Shown here piece by piece: positions 30,951 through 40,521 of a DNA stretch of 64,000 nucleotides. This DNA is from an uncultured Rickettsiales bacterium. Lineage in GTDB: Bacteria > Pseudomonadota > Alphaproteobacteria > Rickettsiales > UBA1997. Numbering within the stretch: the first letter of the stretch is position 1; the number at the start of each line of letters is the position of its first letter. Both the position numbers and the translations under genes were made by a program. The notes beneath the pieces are model-generated. The model was not told the origin of the DNA. It worked only from the letters and a program-made list of their open reading frames with translations, and made no database searches. The stretch is taken from positions 5,499-69,498 of the forward strand of contig CAKVGI010000001.1 in NCBI GenBank assembly GCA_934747265.1, in the 5' to 3' direction.

Positions 30951-32096
30951 ATGTTCAATAGAACAAAAATAAATTTGATTAATAAATGGTGGTTCTCTAT
31001 TGATAGAGTAATATTATTTCTAATTATAGTAACATTAGCTATTGGTAATATATTTACAGCGCTAGCAAGTCCAGTTGTTGCAAATAGAATAGGAATTAAT
31101 CCTCACCTCTTTATTATAAAAAATTTAATCTTTTCATTTATTGGATTATTTATTGTTTTACTCTTTTCAACATTAAATGAAGAACAGATAATAAACATTT
31201 CTTATATTTGTTTTATTATATTAATATTTGTTTTAATTATTGTTTTGTTTGTTGGTACACAAAATAAAGGTGCTAGACGTTGGATTAGAATATTTGGTTT
31301 TTCCTTACAACCATCGGAAATTATAAAGCCTTTCTTTATAATTACAGTTTCAAATATATTATCTAGATTTAAAAGAATAGAGAATCTTCATATAATAGTT
31401 TCGTTGATTTTATACACTATATTAGCTATTTTACTTGTATTGCAACCAGATATTGGAATGTTAATTTTAATTTCTTGTGTGTTTTTTACATCATTATTTT
31501 TAGTTGGTATAAAACTCAAATATTTTATATGGTTATTTATTGCATTTATCATAACTTTTACTTTACTATATTTTACTTTTCCACATTTTCATTATAGAAT
31601 AAATTCATTTGTGAATAGTGCATTTTTAGGTGGTGAGACAAACTATCAAGTAAAAAAATCAATATCAGCTTTTTCTTCTGGTGGATTACTTGGTAAAGGT
31701 CCTTTTGAAGGAGCCATAAAAAATCATATACCAGACGCTCATACTGACTTTATTTTTTCTGTTATAGGAGAAGAATTTGGTTCTATTGCTTGTATATTTA
31801 TAATATCAATCTTTTTCTTTATTTCTTTTAGATTGATGTTAAAAACCACAAAAGAAACTGATTTATTTAAATATATATCAATCAATTGTTTAAGTTTAAT
31901 ATTTGTTTTTCAAGCAATTATAAATATTGGTGTTACATTGAATCTTTTGCCAACAAAAGGTATGACTTTACCTTTAATAAGTTATGGTGGTTCATCAATG
32001 ATAGGAACGTCTATAACCTTAGGACTTTTACTTGCTTTAACAAAACAAAATTATGGCAAACATTATAATTTAAGGAGTTTAATAATTGGATTATGA
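30951..32096 (+). CDS. SEDS family protein (FtsW/RodA)
   Basis: QPSEIIKPFFII, PDAHTDFIFSVIGEEFG, LPTKGMTLPLISYGGSS. Confidence 0.88.
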   Translation: MFNRTKINLINKWWFSIDRVILFLIIVTLAIGNIFTALASPVVANRIGINPHLFIIKNLIFSFIGLFIVLLFSTLNEEQIINISYICFIILIFVLIIVLFVGTQNKGARRWIRIFGFSLQPSEIIKPFFIITVSNILSRFKRIENLHIIVSLILYTILAILLVLQPDIGMLILISCVFFTSLFLVGIKLKYFIWLFIAFIITFTLLYFTFPHFHYRINSFVNSAFLGGETNYQVKKSISAFSSGGLLGKGPFEGAIKNHIPDAHTDFIFSVIGEEFGSIACIFIISIFFFISFRLMLKTTKETDLFKYISINCLSLIFVFQAIINIGVTLNLLPTKGMTLPLISYGGSSMIGTSITLGLLLALTKQNYGKHYNLRSLIIGL

Positions 32097-32536
32097 AAGT
32101 AGCTTTATATGAACCAGATATAGCTGGTAATGTTGGTACGATTATTAGAATGTGTGCTTGTTTAGGTCTTGATTTAGATATTATAGAACCTTGTGGTTTT
32201 CCATTTAATAAAGAAAAAATAAAAAAATCTGGATTAGATTATATAGATAAAGTTAAAATTACTAGATATGTTTCTTTTGATGAATTTAAAGAAAAAAATA
32301 AAGATTCAAGAATTGTGTTATTAACCACAAAAGCATCCGTAGAGTATACCTCTTATAAGTTTAATGAAAATGATATATTGATGGTTGGAAGAGAAAGTGC
32401 TGGTGTTCCAGAAAATGTACATAATTCTGTTGATGGTAGAGTTGTTATTAAAATGCAAGAGAATACTAGATGTTTAAATGTTGCAATTAGCTTAGCAATG
32501 GTTGTTGGAGAAGTATTGAGACAAATTAATTGTTGA
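32093..32536 (+). CDS. trmL: tRNA (cytidine/uridine-2'-O-)-methyltransferase TrmL (SpoU family)
   Basis: About 147 aa. YEPDIAGNVGTIIRMCACLG and GRESAGVP motifs. Confidence 0.8.
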   Translation: MKVALYEPDIAGNVGTIIRMCACLGLDLDIIEPCGFPFNKEKIKKSGLDYIDKVKITRYVSFDEFKEKNKDSRIVLLTTKASVEYTSYKFNENDILMVGRESAGVPENVHNSVDGRVVIKMQENTRCLNVAISLAMVVGEVLRQINC

Positions 32537-32616
32537 TATTTTTTTAATATAAAAGAATATTATTGACAATTAACTTACTTTTTTTACCATAATTTTACTA
32601 AAATATTAAAAAAAAT

Positions 32617-33381
32617 ATGACAAAAATTGTTTTTTGGGATTACGATGGAACATTGATCGACAGTGAAATAATATATAAAGATTCTTTGAATGCTTTTCTA
32701 AAAGAAAATAAGTTTGGTTTAAAAGAAATTGATGATGGTTTCTTTTATAAATGTATTTCAGGACATCATCCAGAAGAATTTTTGTTAGATCTTGAAAAAC
32801 AAGGTTTTGTGAAAAATTCAGAAAGTATTAATCCAGAAGATACTAGAAAATATTATAATGATTTTTTTGCTAATTTAAAAGAAGGTGAGTTAAAAATAGT
32901 TGATAATATAGATAAAACAATTGATAAACTTTCAAGGTATAAAGATATTTTTATGTGTATTACCTCATCCTCTTTTAGGAATGGTTTTATGATTAAAAGT
33001 TCTCGTGCTAAAAATAATATTTTAAATAAATATTTTAATGTAGATAAAAATGTTTATTTATGTGGTTCATTAAGTAATTGTCGTTTCAAACCTTTTCCTG
33101 ATGTTTTTATTTATGCATTTAAAGACATAGTAAATAAAAATAATATCAAATTAAAAGATGGAGATAAATTATTTATTGTTGAAGATTCAAAAGCTGGTTG
33201 TGAAGCTGGAAAAAGTTTTAAACAAGAATATGGCAATATTATTGATATTAAAATTATTGGCTATACTGCTAGTATGCGATTTAAAGAATATAAAACAGAG
33301 TATACTAAAAAATTAATAAATGCTGGTGCGGATATTATTGCAAAAACATCTGAGGAAATATTTAAAATTATTACTGATTAA
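32617..33381 (+). CDS. HAD-superfamily hydrolase
   Basis: Motif I is VFWDYDGTLIDSE. Confidence 0.6.
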   Translation: MTKIVFWDYDGTLIDSEIIYKDSLNAFLKENKFGLKEIDDGFFYKCISGHHPEEFLLDLEKQGFVKNSESINPEDTRKYYNDFFANLKEGELKIVDNIDKTIDKLSRYKDIFMCITSSSFRNGFMIKSSRAKNNILNKYFNVDKNVYLCGSLSNCRFKPFPDVFIYAFKDIVNKNNIKLKDGDKLFIVEDSKAGCEAGKSFKQEYGNIIDIKIIGYTASMRFKEYKTEYTKKLINAGADIIAKTSEEIFKIITD

Positions 33382-33443
33382 TATTGACAAAAAGTATTAG
33401 TATTGGTTATTTTTATAGTGTGTTTGTTTAAATAATTTTTTGG

Positions 33444-34673
33444 TTGAATATGATTTTACCAATGTTAAAAGAAGCTTGGATTTCCATTATTTCCAATAAA
33501 CTTAGATCTTTCTTGACAATTTTAGGGGTTGTTATAGGTGTATGCGCTGTTGTTTTAATGGTTGCGACTGGTCAAGCTGTACAATTAGAAATAGATAAAC
33601 AACTTGAAGGAATAGGTGGTAATATGATGTTAGTTGTACCTGCATCTTCTAATAGAGGCGGAATACATAGTGGTAGAGGCGGTATGCCATCATTAACAAT
33701 GCAAGATATGGAAGCAATAAAGGAAATAAAAAATGTTGTTAATGTTGCACCTTTAGTAACATCAAGTTTTCAGGTTGTGTCTGGTTCAAATAATTGGAGA
33801 ACAACTGTAAATGGTACAAATCCAGAATATTTAGATATTAATGATTACACAATAGAAAAAGGCATGATGTTTACCGAAAGAGACGTTTATGCTGGTACGC
33901 CATTTGCTGTAATTGGTAAAACCGTTGTTGAAAAGTTATTTCCATATGGGGAAGAACCGCTTGGAAAAGACATAAGAATTAAAGGTGTTCCTTTCAAAGT
34001 AATCGGAATACTTAAAGAAAAAGGCGCAGATTCCAGAGGTAGCGATCAGGATGATATTATATTATTACCAGTAAAATCATTTAAATCAAGATTAACAAGT
34101 AATAAATTTCCAGATAGGGTTGCAATATTTTTCTTAACATTTGATGATGTAAAAAATATGAAAATGGTAGAAAGAAGAATACAAACATTATTGGAGGTTA
34201 GACACAAAATAGCACCAAACGCAGATCCAGATTTTGAAGTTGTGAATTTGACTGAAATGGTGCAAAAAATTAGTATGATAGGTTTTATATTAGCTGTATT
34301 ATTAGCATCTGTTGCATCAATTTCATTGTTTGTTGGAAGTATTGGAATTATGAATATGATGTTAACATCTGTTACCGAAAGAACAAAAGAAATTGGTATT
34401 AGAAAAGCAATTGGGGCTCCGAATAAAAGTATTTTATTCCAGTTTTTAATTGAGTCAATTTTAATATCTGCTATGGGAAGTTTACTTGGTATGATTTTAG
34501 GTATTTCAACAGCTTTAATAGCTGGACATGTTTTAGAAAAAGAAGTTCCAATTAGCATATTAACTATTTTAGTTTCTATGTTTGCAGCAGTTTTTGTTGG
34601 TGTGGTTTCTGGAATAGTACCAGCAATTAAGGCAACAAAATTAAATCCAATAGATGCTTTGAGGTACCAATAA
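33444..34673 (+). CDS. MacB/FtsX-type ABC transporter permease (MacB periplasmic core domain)
   Basis: The N-terminus SNKLRSFLTILGVVIGVCAVV, a large periplasmic loop and a C-terminal FtsX domain. No adjacent ATPase or membrane-fusion protein. Confidence 0.8.
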   Translation: MNMILPMLKEAWISIISNKLRSFLTILGVVIGVCAVVLMVATGQAVQLEIDKQLEGIGGNMMLVVPASSNRGGIHSGRGGMPSLTMQDMEAIKEIKNVVNVAPLVTSSFQVVSGSNNWRTTVNGTNPEYLDINDYTIEKGMMFTERDVYAGTPFAVIGKTVVEKLFPYGEEPLGKDIRIKGVPFKVIGILKEKGADSRGSDQDDIILLPVKSFKSRLTSNKFPDRVAIFFLTFDDVKNMKMVERRIQTLLEVRHKIAPNADPDFEVVNLTEMVQKISMIGFILAVLLASVASISLFVGSIGIMNMMLTSVTERTKEIGIRKAIGAPNKSILFQFLIESILISAMGSLLGMILGISTALIAGHVLEKEVPISILTILVSMFAAVFVGVVSGIVPAIKATKLNPIDALRYQ

Positions 34674-34778
34674 TAGCGTATTAATACTAAATTAACAGAA
34701 TAATTAATTTTATAAAATACTTGATTTTATTAAAAAGTTTTTTCTATAATATAATGTATCAGTAAAAAAATTGGTATT

Positions 34779-36248
34779 ATGAATAAGAAGATAATTGTAT
34801 TGGCTTTATTGGCTACAAACATTGTTTCTGCAAAGGAAATAGTTGTTATTAATGAAAAAAAATTAAAAGAATTAATGACAAATAATGTTCCTTCTATTGA
34901 AAAAATAAATACCGTTGTAATTCAATCAAATTTAGAAAGAACTCAATATAATCAAAAATATAGTACTTTTTTAAACGGTCAAGCTAATTATTCTAACGTT
35001 GAAGGTAAAATGTTTGAAGGATATCAAGGACAATTTGATGATCCTGCCAGAAGATATGGAATTAGTGTAAGTCAAAATTTGCCAATTGGTTTGAGTTTTG
35101 ATATTGGCGCATATAATAATTATGCTAAAACATACAATTATCAACCAAATAAAAGTGTAAATTCGCAATATGATACAAGCTTGGAAGCAAAAATTAGTGT
35201 TGATTTATGGAAGAACTTACTTGGATATACAGAAAGAGCAGAAAGAGCTGGTTTAAAAATTAATGAAAATGAAAAATTAGAGCAAGCCAAGTTAGAAAAA
35301 ACTAAATTCTTCAATGAAATAAGAAAAATGTATTGGAGGTTAAGCGTAAATAATTCGCTAACAAAAATATATGAAGTTTTAATTAATCAAGCCGTTTTAC
35401 AAGAAGAAAATATCAGAAAAATGTATCAAACATCTGTTGCAGATAGAGGTGAATTAGCAAGAGCTTCTGCTGTTGTTAATATAAGAAAATCTGATTTAGC
35501 ATCTGTAAAATATGAAATGGAAGTAATAAAAAGAGAACTATCTAATTTAATACCAGAATTAAATGATAAAGAATTAAACTTTCAATTTAGTACTTATGCA
35601 AATATTCAAAATAGTATAAATGCCTGCTATAATAAAATTAAAAGTAAGAAAGAAGCTCCATTGGATTTAACATCCTATACAAAACTTATTTCTTATAAGG
35701 ATGAAAAAATCAATGAGAATTTGAAAGCATTAAAAAGATATTCCGATGCTGATGTAAAATTGGAAGCAAAAGCAAGTAGTTTGGGCTTTGGCAAACAAAA
35801 TAGCGATTCTTTTGATGATATGGCAAACCTTGATAGAAAAGATTATAGTATAGGTTTGAATATTTCAGTCCCATTTGGTAGTAATTATTCCAACACAAAA
35901 GAAAATCAAATGAAAATTTTAAAAATGCAACATAATGCTGAAAAAAGAGAAATTATATCTAACTTAAATTCATTTCATAATTATTTTTCAACATCTTTGG
36001 AAAATTTGTTAAAGGTAATGAAGGATCAAAAGAATTATAGCGAAAATCTTTTGATTAGAGTTAAAAGTATGAGACAAAAATATAATCAAGGAAGGGTTTC
36101 TTTGAGCGAATTAATACAAGATGAAGATTCTTTATTTGAATCACAACTTGGTTTGGTTAATACGCATTATAATATCATTTCATTGATGATAGATTATTTC
36201 TCAATTTTTAATGATTTTGAATGTGATTTTAATTTGATTAATAATTAA
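34779..36248 (+). CDS. TolC-family outer-membrane efflux protein (putative)
   Basis: Signal peptide, about 490 aa, two-repeat coiled-coil-rich layout, and position downstream of the MacB-like permease. Confidence 0.6.
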   Translation: MNKKIIVLALLATNIVSAKEIVVINEKKLKELMTNNVPSIEKINTVVIQSNLERTQYNQKYSTFLNGQANYSNVEGKMFEGYQGQFDDPARRYGISVSQNLPIGLSFDIGAYNNYAKTYNYQPNKSVNSQYDTSLEAKISVDLWKNLLGYTERAERAGLKINENEKLEQAKLEKTKFFNEIRKMYWRLSVNNSLTKIYEVLINQAVLQEENIRKMYQTSVADRGELARASAVVNIRKSDLASVKYEMEVIKRELSNLIPELNDKELNFQFSTYANIQNSINACYNKIKSKKEAPLDLTSYTKLISYKDEKINENLKALKRYSDADVKLEAKASSLGFGKQNSDSFDDMANLDRKDYSIGLNISVPFGSNYSNTKENQMKILKMQHNAEKREIISNLNSFHNYFSTSLENLLKVMKDQKNYSENLLIRVKSMRQKYNQGRVSLSELIQDEDSLFESQLGLVNTHYNIISLMIDYFSIFNDFECDFNLINN

Positions 36249-36339
36249 TAAATAATTTTCATATTGTTAAGGCTACTTTTATTTTTTCTTTGATAAAGTG
36301 AGGATGCTGGTAGCCTAAATTTTTTTTGTTCTATTTTTA

Positions 36340-37040
36340 CTCCTTTCACCACCACCGCTAAGTATATTATCTATCCTCCCATGATAAGAGGTATTCTATT
36401 ACCCATAATAAAGTCTCCTCATTCTCCATGATAAGACCCCTTCATTCCCTCCCTGCTAAGATATACTCTTCTATTTTTCCCTGATAAGGGGCACCTATCC
36501 AATTCCCCCCTGATAAGGGGGGTAAGGGGGGTTTAAAATACTTTGATTATATTAAGTTTTGTTTTATATTATTTTATAATTCTTAATTCTTAATTCTTAA
36601 TTTTAAATCCTCGACTTTAATTTTATTTTCAATTTTTAATTTTCAATTATCCATTTGTTTTATAATAAAACAAAATAAATGCTATCAACCACCCCCCTGT
36701 CAGTCTATGACTGACTCCCAACTTACTAAGGGGGACAGGAAGAGGATGTTTTCTCTTACAAGGGGGGCGAGGATTGGATATATTGACTGCGACTGACTCC
36801 CCCCTTACGAAGGATGGCTACTACTCATTCCCCCCTGATAAGGGGGGCAAGGGGGGTTTTGTGTCAGCTCCCCCCTTACAAAGGATGGCAAGGATAGGAT
36901 ATATTGACTGCGACCGACTCCATCCTTATAAAGGGAGGCGGAGGAGAGAGGTATTGACTACGTTGGATTTCCCATTACAAATGTGGGCGAGGAGGAAAGT
37001 ATTTTACAACAGCCTTCTTACAAAAGGTGATAAAATATTT
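36340..37040 (-). repeat. Type-1 mosaic intergenic element, copy C (inverted, core internally deleted)
   Basis: Reverse complement of the family. CCCCCCTGATAAGGGGGGTAAGGGGGGTTT at 36506-36535. The core is only about 150 bp. Confidence 0.85.
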
Positions 37041-37154
37041 CGTACAAATTTTTAGTGCTACAACAATTCAAAAGTAAATCGAAAATTATCAGTACTTAAA
37101 CATATTTTAAAAAATGCTTGCATTATTAAAAATTTTTTATATTATGAATATGTT

Positions 37155-37230
37155 GGGTTCGTAGCTCAGCTGGTAGAGCAGCAGACTCTTAATCTGTTTG
37201 TCGGGGGTTCGATCCCCCCCGGACCCACCA
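37155..37230 (+). tRNA. tRNA-Lys (anticodon CUU), CCA encoded
   Basis: Cloverleaf folded by hand. Acceptor GGGTTCG/CGGACCC, D arm GCTC..GAGC, anticodon loop CTCTTAA, T arm GGGGG TTCGATC CCCCC. Confidence 0.92.
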
Positions 37231-37317
37231 GTTTTCTTGTACATTTATCTTTATTTTAAGTTGGATTAATGGTTTTATAAAATAGAAATATTTTGTATAA
37301 TGGTTTTATGTTTTAAT

Positions 37318-38307
37318 TTATATCAAATTAAATTCTTCTAGTATTTTTTTATATATTTCTTGTTTAAAATTTGGAACGAGACTTATGCAATCTTTTGGAT
37401 TAAAAATTTTTACATTTATAAATTCTTGCGGATTATCACCATTCTTAAAACGGAAATTGTTTAAATCTCCTAAAAATTCAAAAAGAAAAAATCGTTTTTT
37501 TTGTCCCACAAATCCGTATTTTATTTCATTATTGAAATATTTGTATTTGTAATATTGACTTTTTTTGAGAAGCTTTAATTTGTTTTTGCTAATTCCTATC
37601 TCTTCATTAATTTCTCTAAAAATAGCTTCTTCTTCACTTTCTCCTTGTTCTATTCCACCTTCTGGACCTTGCCAATTGTCAGGAAAGTCATTTCTTTGAA
37701 ATAAATAAATAAGATTATCTTTATTCTTTAATATAGCTCCTACGCCTTTTCTATAACTATAATCCTCTATTGCCGGTAATACTTTAAAAAAATTATCTCT
37801 GTTTATAGAGTACAGATATACACGTAATCCAGATGCTAAAATTCTTTCTCCTGTAAATTTTGCCCCCATTTTCTTGGCTAAATGTATTGAACTAATATTA
37901 TCAATTGTAGACATAAGTGTTATTTGTAATAATTTCAATTCATTAAAGCCAAATTTTAATAATGCAGATACAGCTTCTGTTGCGTATCCTTTGTGCTGGA
38001 ATTTTGTCAAAAATGCATAACATAAATTAATTGTCATATCATAATTATAAAAAAGACCAGTTTGTCCAATATATTCGTTTGTATCTTTTAGGAACACATT
38101 ATAATAACTAAAACCGTATTTTTTTTGATGCTCAATAGCATCATTAAATCTTCTCTTAGCTTGTTCTAGACTTTTTGCCCCGCCATCAAAATGTTGCATT
38201 ACATTAGCATTTTGATGCAATGATAAAAAATTTCTAAAATCTGAACTGACTATTTTTTTTATAAATAATCTTTCAGTTTCTATAACAACCAAATTATCTT
38301 TTATCAT
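37318..38307 (-). CDS. GNAT N-acetyltransferase / NUDIX hydrolase fusion protein
   Basis: The N-terminal half is RimJ/RimL-like (QHKGYATEAV). The C-terminal half has the NUDIX box GPEGGIEQGESEEEAIFREINEEIGI. Confidence 0.7.
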   Translation of the reverse strand: MIKDNLVVIETERLFIKKIVSSDFRNFLSLHQNANVMQHFDGGAKSLEQAKRRFNDAIEHQKKYGFSYYNVFLKDTNEYIGQTGLFYNYDMTINLCYAFLTKFQHKGYATEAVSALLKFGFNELKLLQITLMSTIDNISSIHLAKKMGAKFTGERILASGLRVYLYSINRDNFFKVLPAIEDYSYRKGVGAILKNKDNLIYLFQRNDFPDNWQGPEGGIEQGESEEEAIFREINEEIGISKNKLKLLKKSQYYKYKYFNNEIKYGFVGQKKRFFLFEFLGDLNNFRFKNGDNPQEFINVKIFNPKDCISLVPNFKQEIYKKILEEFNLI

Positions 38308-38744
38308 AATGTTTCCAAATATTCTTCGTATTCATCTTTTGACATTGTATCATTCAATTCATTTATATCTGTTATATATATTCTAAATAGCCAATTGTTT
38401 TCATATGTTGAATTTTTTATCGTATCAGGTTCACTAATCAAATTTTCGTTTACCTCTGCCATTTCACCACTTAAAGGAGTGTATAATTCAATCTCATCAT
38501 CACCAAAAAATAAACTTCCAATTTGGTCGCTTTTGTTATATAGACTATTTACTTCTGGAAGTTCAATTAAACTTACATCTTCGTGTATTTTATCTAAAAC
38601 AAAATCGGTTAAGCCAACAGTAGCCAAATCATTTTCTATGATAATATAATAATGATCTTTCGTGAATTTAATATCTTCCATTTTTATTTTATTTAATAAA
38701 TTATTGAACGTATTTATTTGTAAGAATTCTTTTTTATTTTTCAA
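38304..38744 (-). CDS. Glycine-cleavage H-protein-like protein lacking the lipoyl-lysine
   Basis: VGLTDFVLDKI..V.LIELPEV and YTPLSGEMAEVNENL align to GcvH, but the ESVKA position reads FGDDE. An ATG at 38681 is a likelier start than the TTG at 38744. Confidence 0.6.
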   Translation of the reverse strand: MKNKKEFLQINTFNNLLNKIKMEDIKFTKDHYYIIIENDLATVGLTDFVLDKIHEDVSLIELPEVNSLYNKSDQIGSLFFGDDEIELYTPLSGEMAEVNENLISEPDTIKNSTYENNWLFRIYITDINELNDTMSKDEYEEYLETL

Positions 38745-38784
38745 GCTTTTTTATTACTTACATTAAAACAACTTATATAATTAA

Positions 38785-39240
38785 TTATATATTATCATCT
38801 TCAAAACTTGTTCCGTTTATATTCCTATGGATAATACCGCTTGCTTTCATCATTCTTATTATAGCTTCCTTTTTTTCTGTATCTATAAATTTACTATTTG
38901 TTGATGGGTGTTTATAAATAATTTCTTTAACACCTGCGGATATTAGATGTTTTAAACAATTATCGCAACTTGCATGTGTCGTATATACAATACAATCTGT
39001 TAACGGTTGTTTTGCATTAATTAGTGCATTCATTTCTGCGTGTACTGATAATAAATATCTCATAGGCTTTTCATCTGTCATATATTCAGAATTTCTATCA
39101 GCAACATAATGATTATAACCAGTTGATACTATATTTTGATTTTTATCAACTATTACACATCCAACATGTGTACCTGGTTCATCAGATTCATTTGCTATTT
39201 TCTCCGCAAAATCCATGAAGTATTTATCGTCTTTTTTCAT
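38785..39240 (-). CDS. Deoxycytidylate (dCMP)/ComEB-type deaminase
   Basis: Zinc motifs HAEMNAL and SCDNC. Confidence 0.8.
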   Translation of the reverse strand: MKKDDKYFMDFAEKIANESDEPGTHVGCVIVDKNQNIVSTGYNHYVADRNSEYMTDEKPMRYLLSVHAEMNALINAKQPLTDCIVYTTHASCDNCLKHLISAGVKEIIYKHPSTNSKFIDTEKKEAIIRMMKASGIIHRNINGTSFEDDNI

Positions 39241-39307
39241 ATTTTTAAATTTAGTGAATAATATTCACCCAAAAATATGGGTGAAATAAATAAAAAAATC
39301 GCAAAAA

Positions 39308-39832
39308 TTATTTAGCTCTTTCCACTGCTTCATTCATAATTTTCTTGGCATCAGAAGCATTTTTAAAGCCAGTAATTTTAACCCATTTTCCTTTTTCTAA
39401 ATCTTTGTAATGTTCAAAGAAGTGTTTGATTTTGTTTAAAAGAACTTCTGGAATATCTTTTAATTCATTATAATGAGAATATTCTGAGTTCATTTTTTCT
39501 GTTGGAACTGCCAATAATTTTTCATCCATACCTTTTTCATCTTCCATAACTAAAACACCAATTAACTTTGATGGAATAACGCTTCCCGGTTGTAATGGAA
39601 ATTCTGCTATAACTAATACATCAACTGGATCGCCATCTTCTGATAATGTATTTGGAACAAAACCATAGCTACAAGGATAATGCATTGGTGTAGCTATAAA
39701 TCTATCAACAAATAATGCTCCACTTTCCTTGTCTAATTCATATTTTACAGGCAAAGCGTTTGCGGAATTTTCTATAAATACATTAACTTCATCAGGAACC
39801 TTTTTTCCCATTGATACATTTTTTATGTTCAT
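39308..39832 (-). CDS. ppa: Inorganic pyrophosphatase (family I)
   Basis: VFIENSANALPVKYELDKESG...DGDPVDVLV...DEKLLAV. Confidence 0.93.
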   Translation of the reverse strand: MNIKNVSMGKKVPDEVNVFIENSANALPVKYELDKESGALFVDRFIATPMHYPCSYGFVPNTLSEDGDPVDVLVIAEFPLQPGSVIPSKLIGVLVMEDEKGMDEKLLAVPTEKMNSEYSHYNELKDIPEVLLNKIKHFFEHYKDLEKGKWVKITGFKNASDAKKIMNEAVERAK

Positions 39833-39916
39833 ACCTATTTTCCAAAATTAATCATAAACAATTAGTAATACATTTATTTTTATTTTCAATATAAATTATA
39901 TTTTAAATCGGTATTA

Positions 39917-40507
39917 TTAAAATTTTTCTATATTTTTTTCATCCCAACGATAAAAATAATTTTGATTTTTATCTAATTTATTATTACTTTTTATTTCTTC
40001 AAATGTTTTACCGGCTAATGTTTCTCTTAACATTTTCAACATACCGGAATGACTTACTATAATTAGATTTTTATGATTTTTATATTTATCTATAAATTTT
40101 AAAATTCTTTCATATGCATTATATCTAGATTCTGTTGCTTCTGGTGGAATATAATTCCAATCTTCTTTTTCTTTCTCTTTACATTCTTTAATAAAAATAT
40201 CTTCTATTTGGTTTTTAAATTTGCCTTCTAAAATACCTTTACCTCTATTAATTAATAAAGGTTCTGCAATTATTTTTGCGTTTGAAATATTTAAAATTTC
40301 TATTATAATTTGCAATGTATGTCTGGTTCTAGCTAATGGACTTGAAATAAATTCATATTCTTCAAAATTTTCATCAAAATCTAAAAGTCTATATCCAATA
40401 GATTGAGCCTGAACTATCCCTTTTAAACTTAGCAAAGTATCAATCTGTCCTTGTTGTATACTTAGTTTATTTTCTAGTGTTTGTCCATGTCTAATCATGT
40501 ACCACAT
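39917..40507 (-). CDS. Histidine phosphatase (phosphoglycerate-mutase-like) family protein
   Basis: RHG motif (MIRHGQT) and a distal SH motif (VSHSG). Confidence 0.7.
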   Translation of the reverse strand: MWYMIRHGQTLENKLSIQQGQIDTLLSLKGIVQAQSIGYRLLDFDENFEEYEFISSPLARTRHTLQIIIEILNISNAKIIAEPLLINRGKGILEGKFKNQIEDIFIKECKEKEKEDWNYIPPEATESRYNAYERILKFIDKYKNHKNLIIVSHSGMLKMLRETLAGKTFEEIKSNNKLDKNQNYFYRWDEKNIEKF

Positions 40508-40521
40508 ATTCTATTAAATTA

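Noticed and set aside
34046-34558. Long antisense ORF (170 aa) inside the MacB-like permease gene. The same applies to other antisense or overlapping ORFs: 2270-2479, 9360-9749, 10248-10517, 14062-14259, 15184-15426, 16744-16983, 19624-19857, 22054-22257, 22518-22706, 26676-26873, 27653-27871, 28395-28709, 28905-29318, 29454-29801, 30058-30252, 31886-32068, 34971-35168, 35710-35898, 38395-38649, 40221-40406, 41327-41563, 47803-47997, 47985-48191, 52724-52921, 54322-54516, 57395-57583, 57807-58028, 60798-61097 and 63216-63425.
   Set aside because: Each is embedded in a gene with clear family motifs on the other strand or in another frame. Their sequences are low-complexity I/L/F/K/N-rich, as expected from the AT bias.
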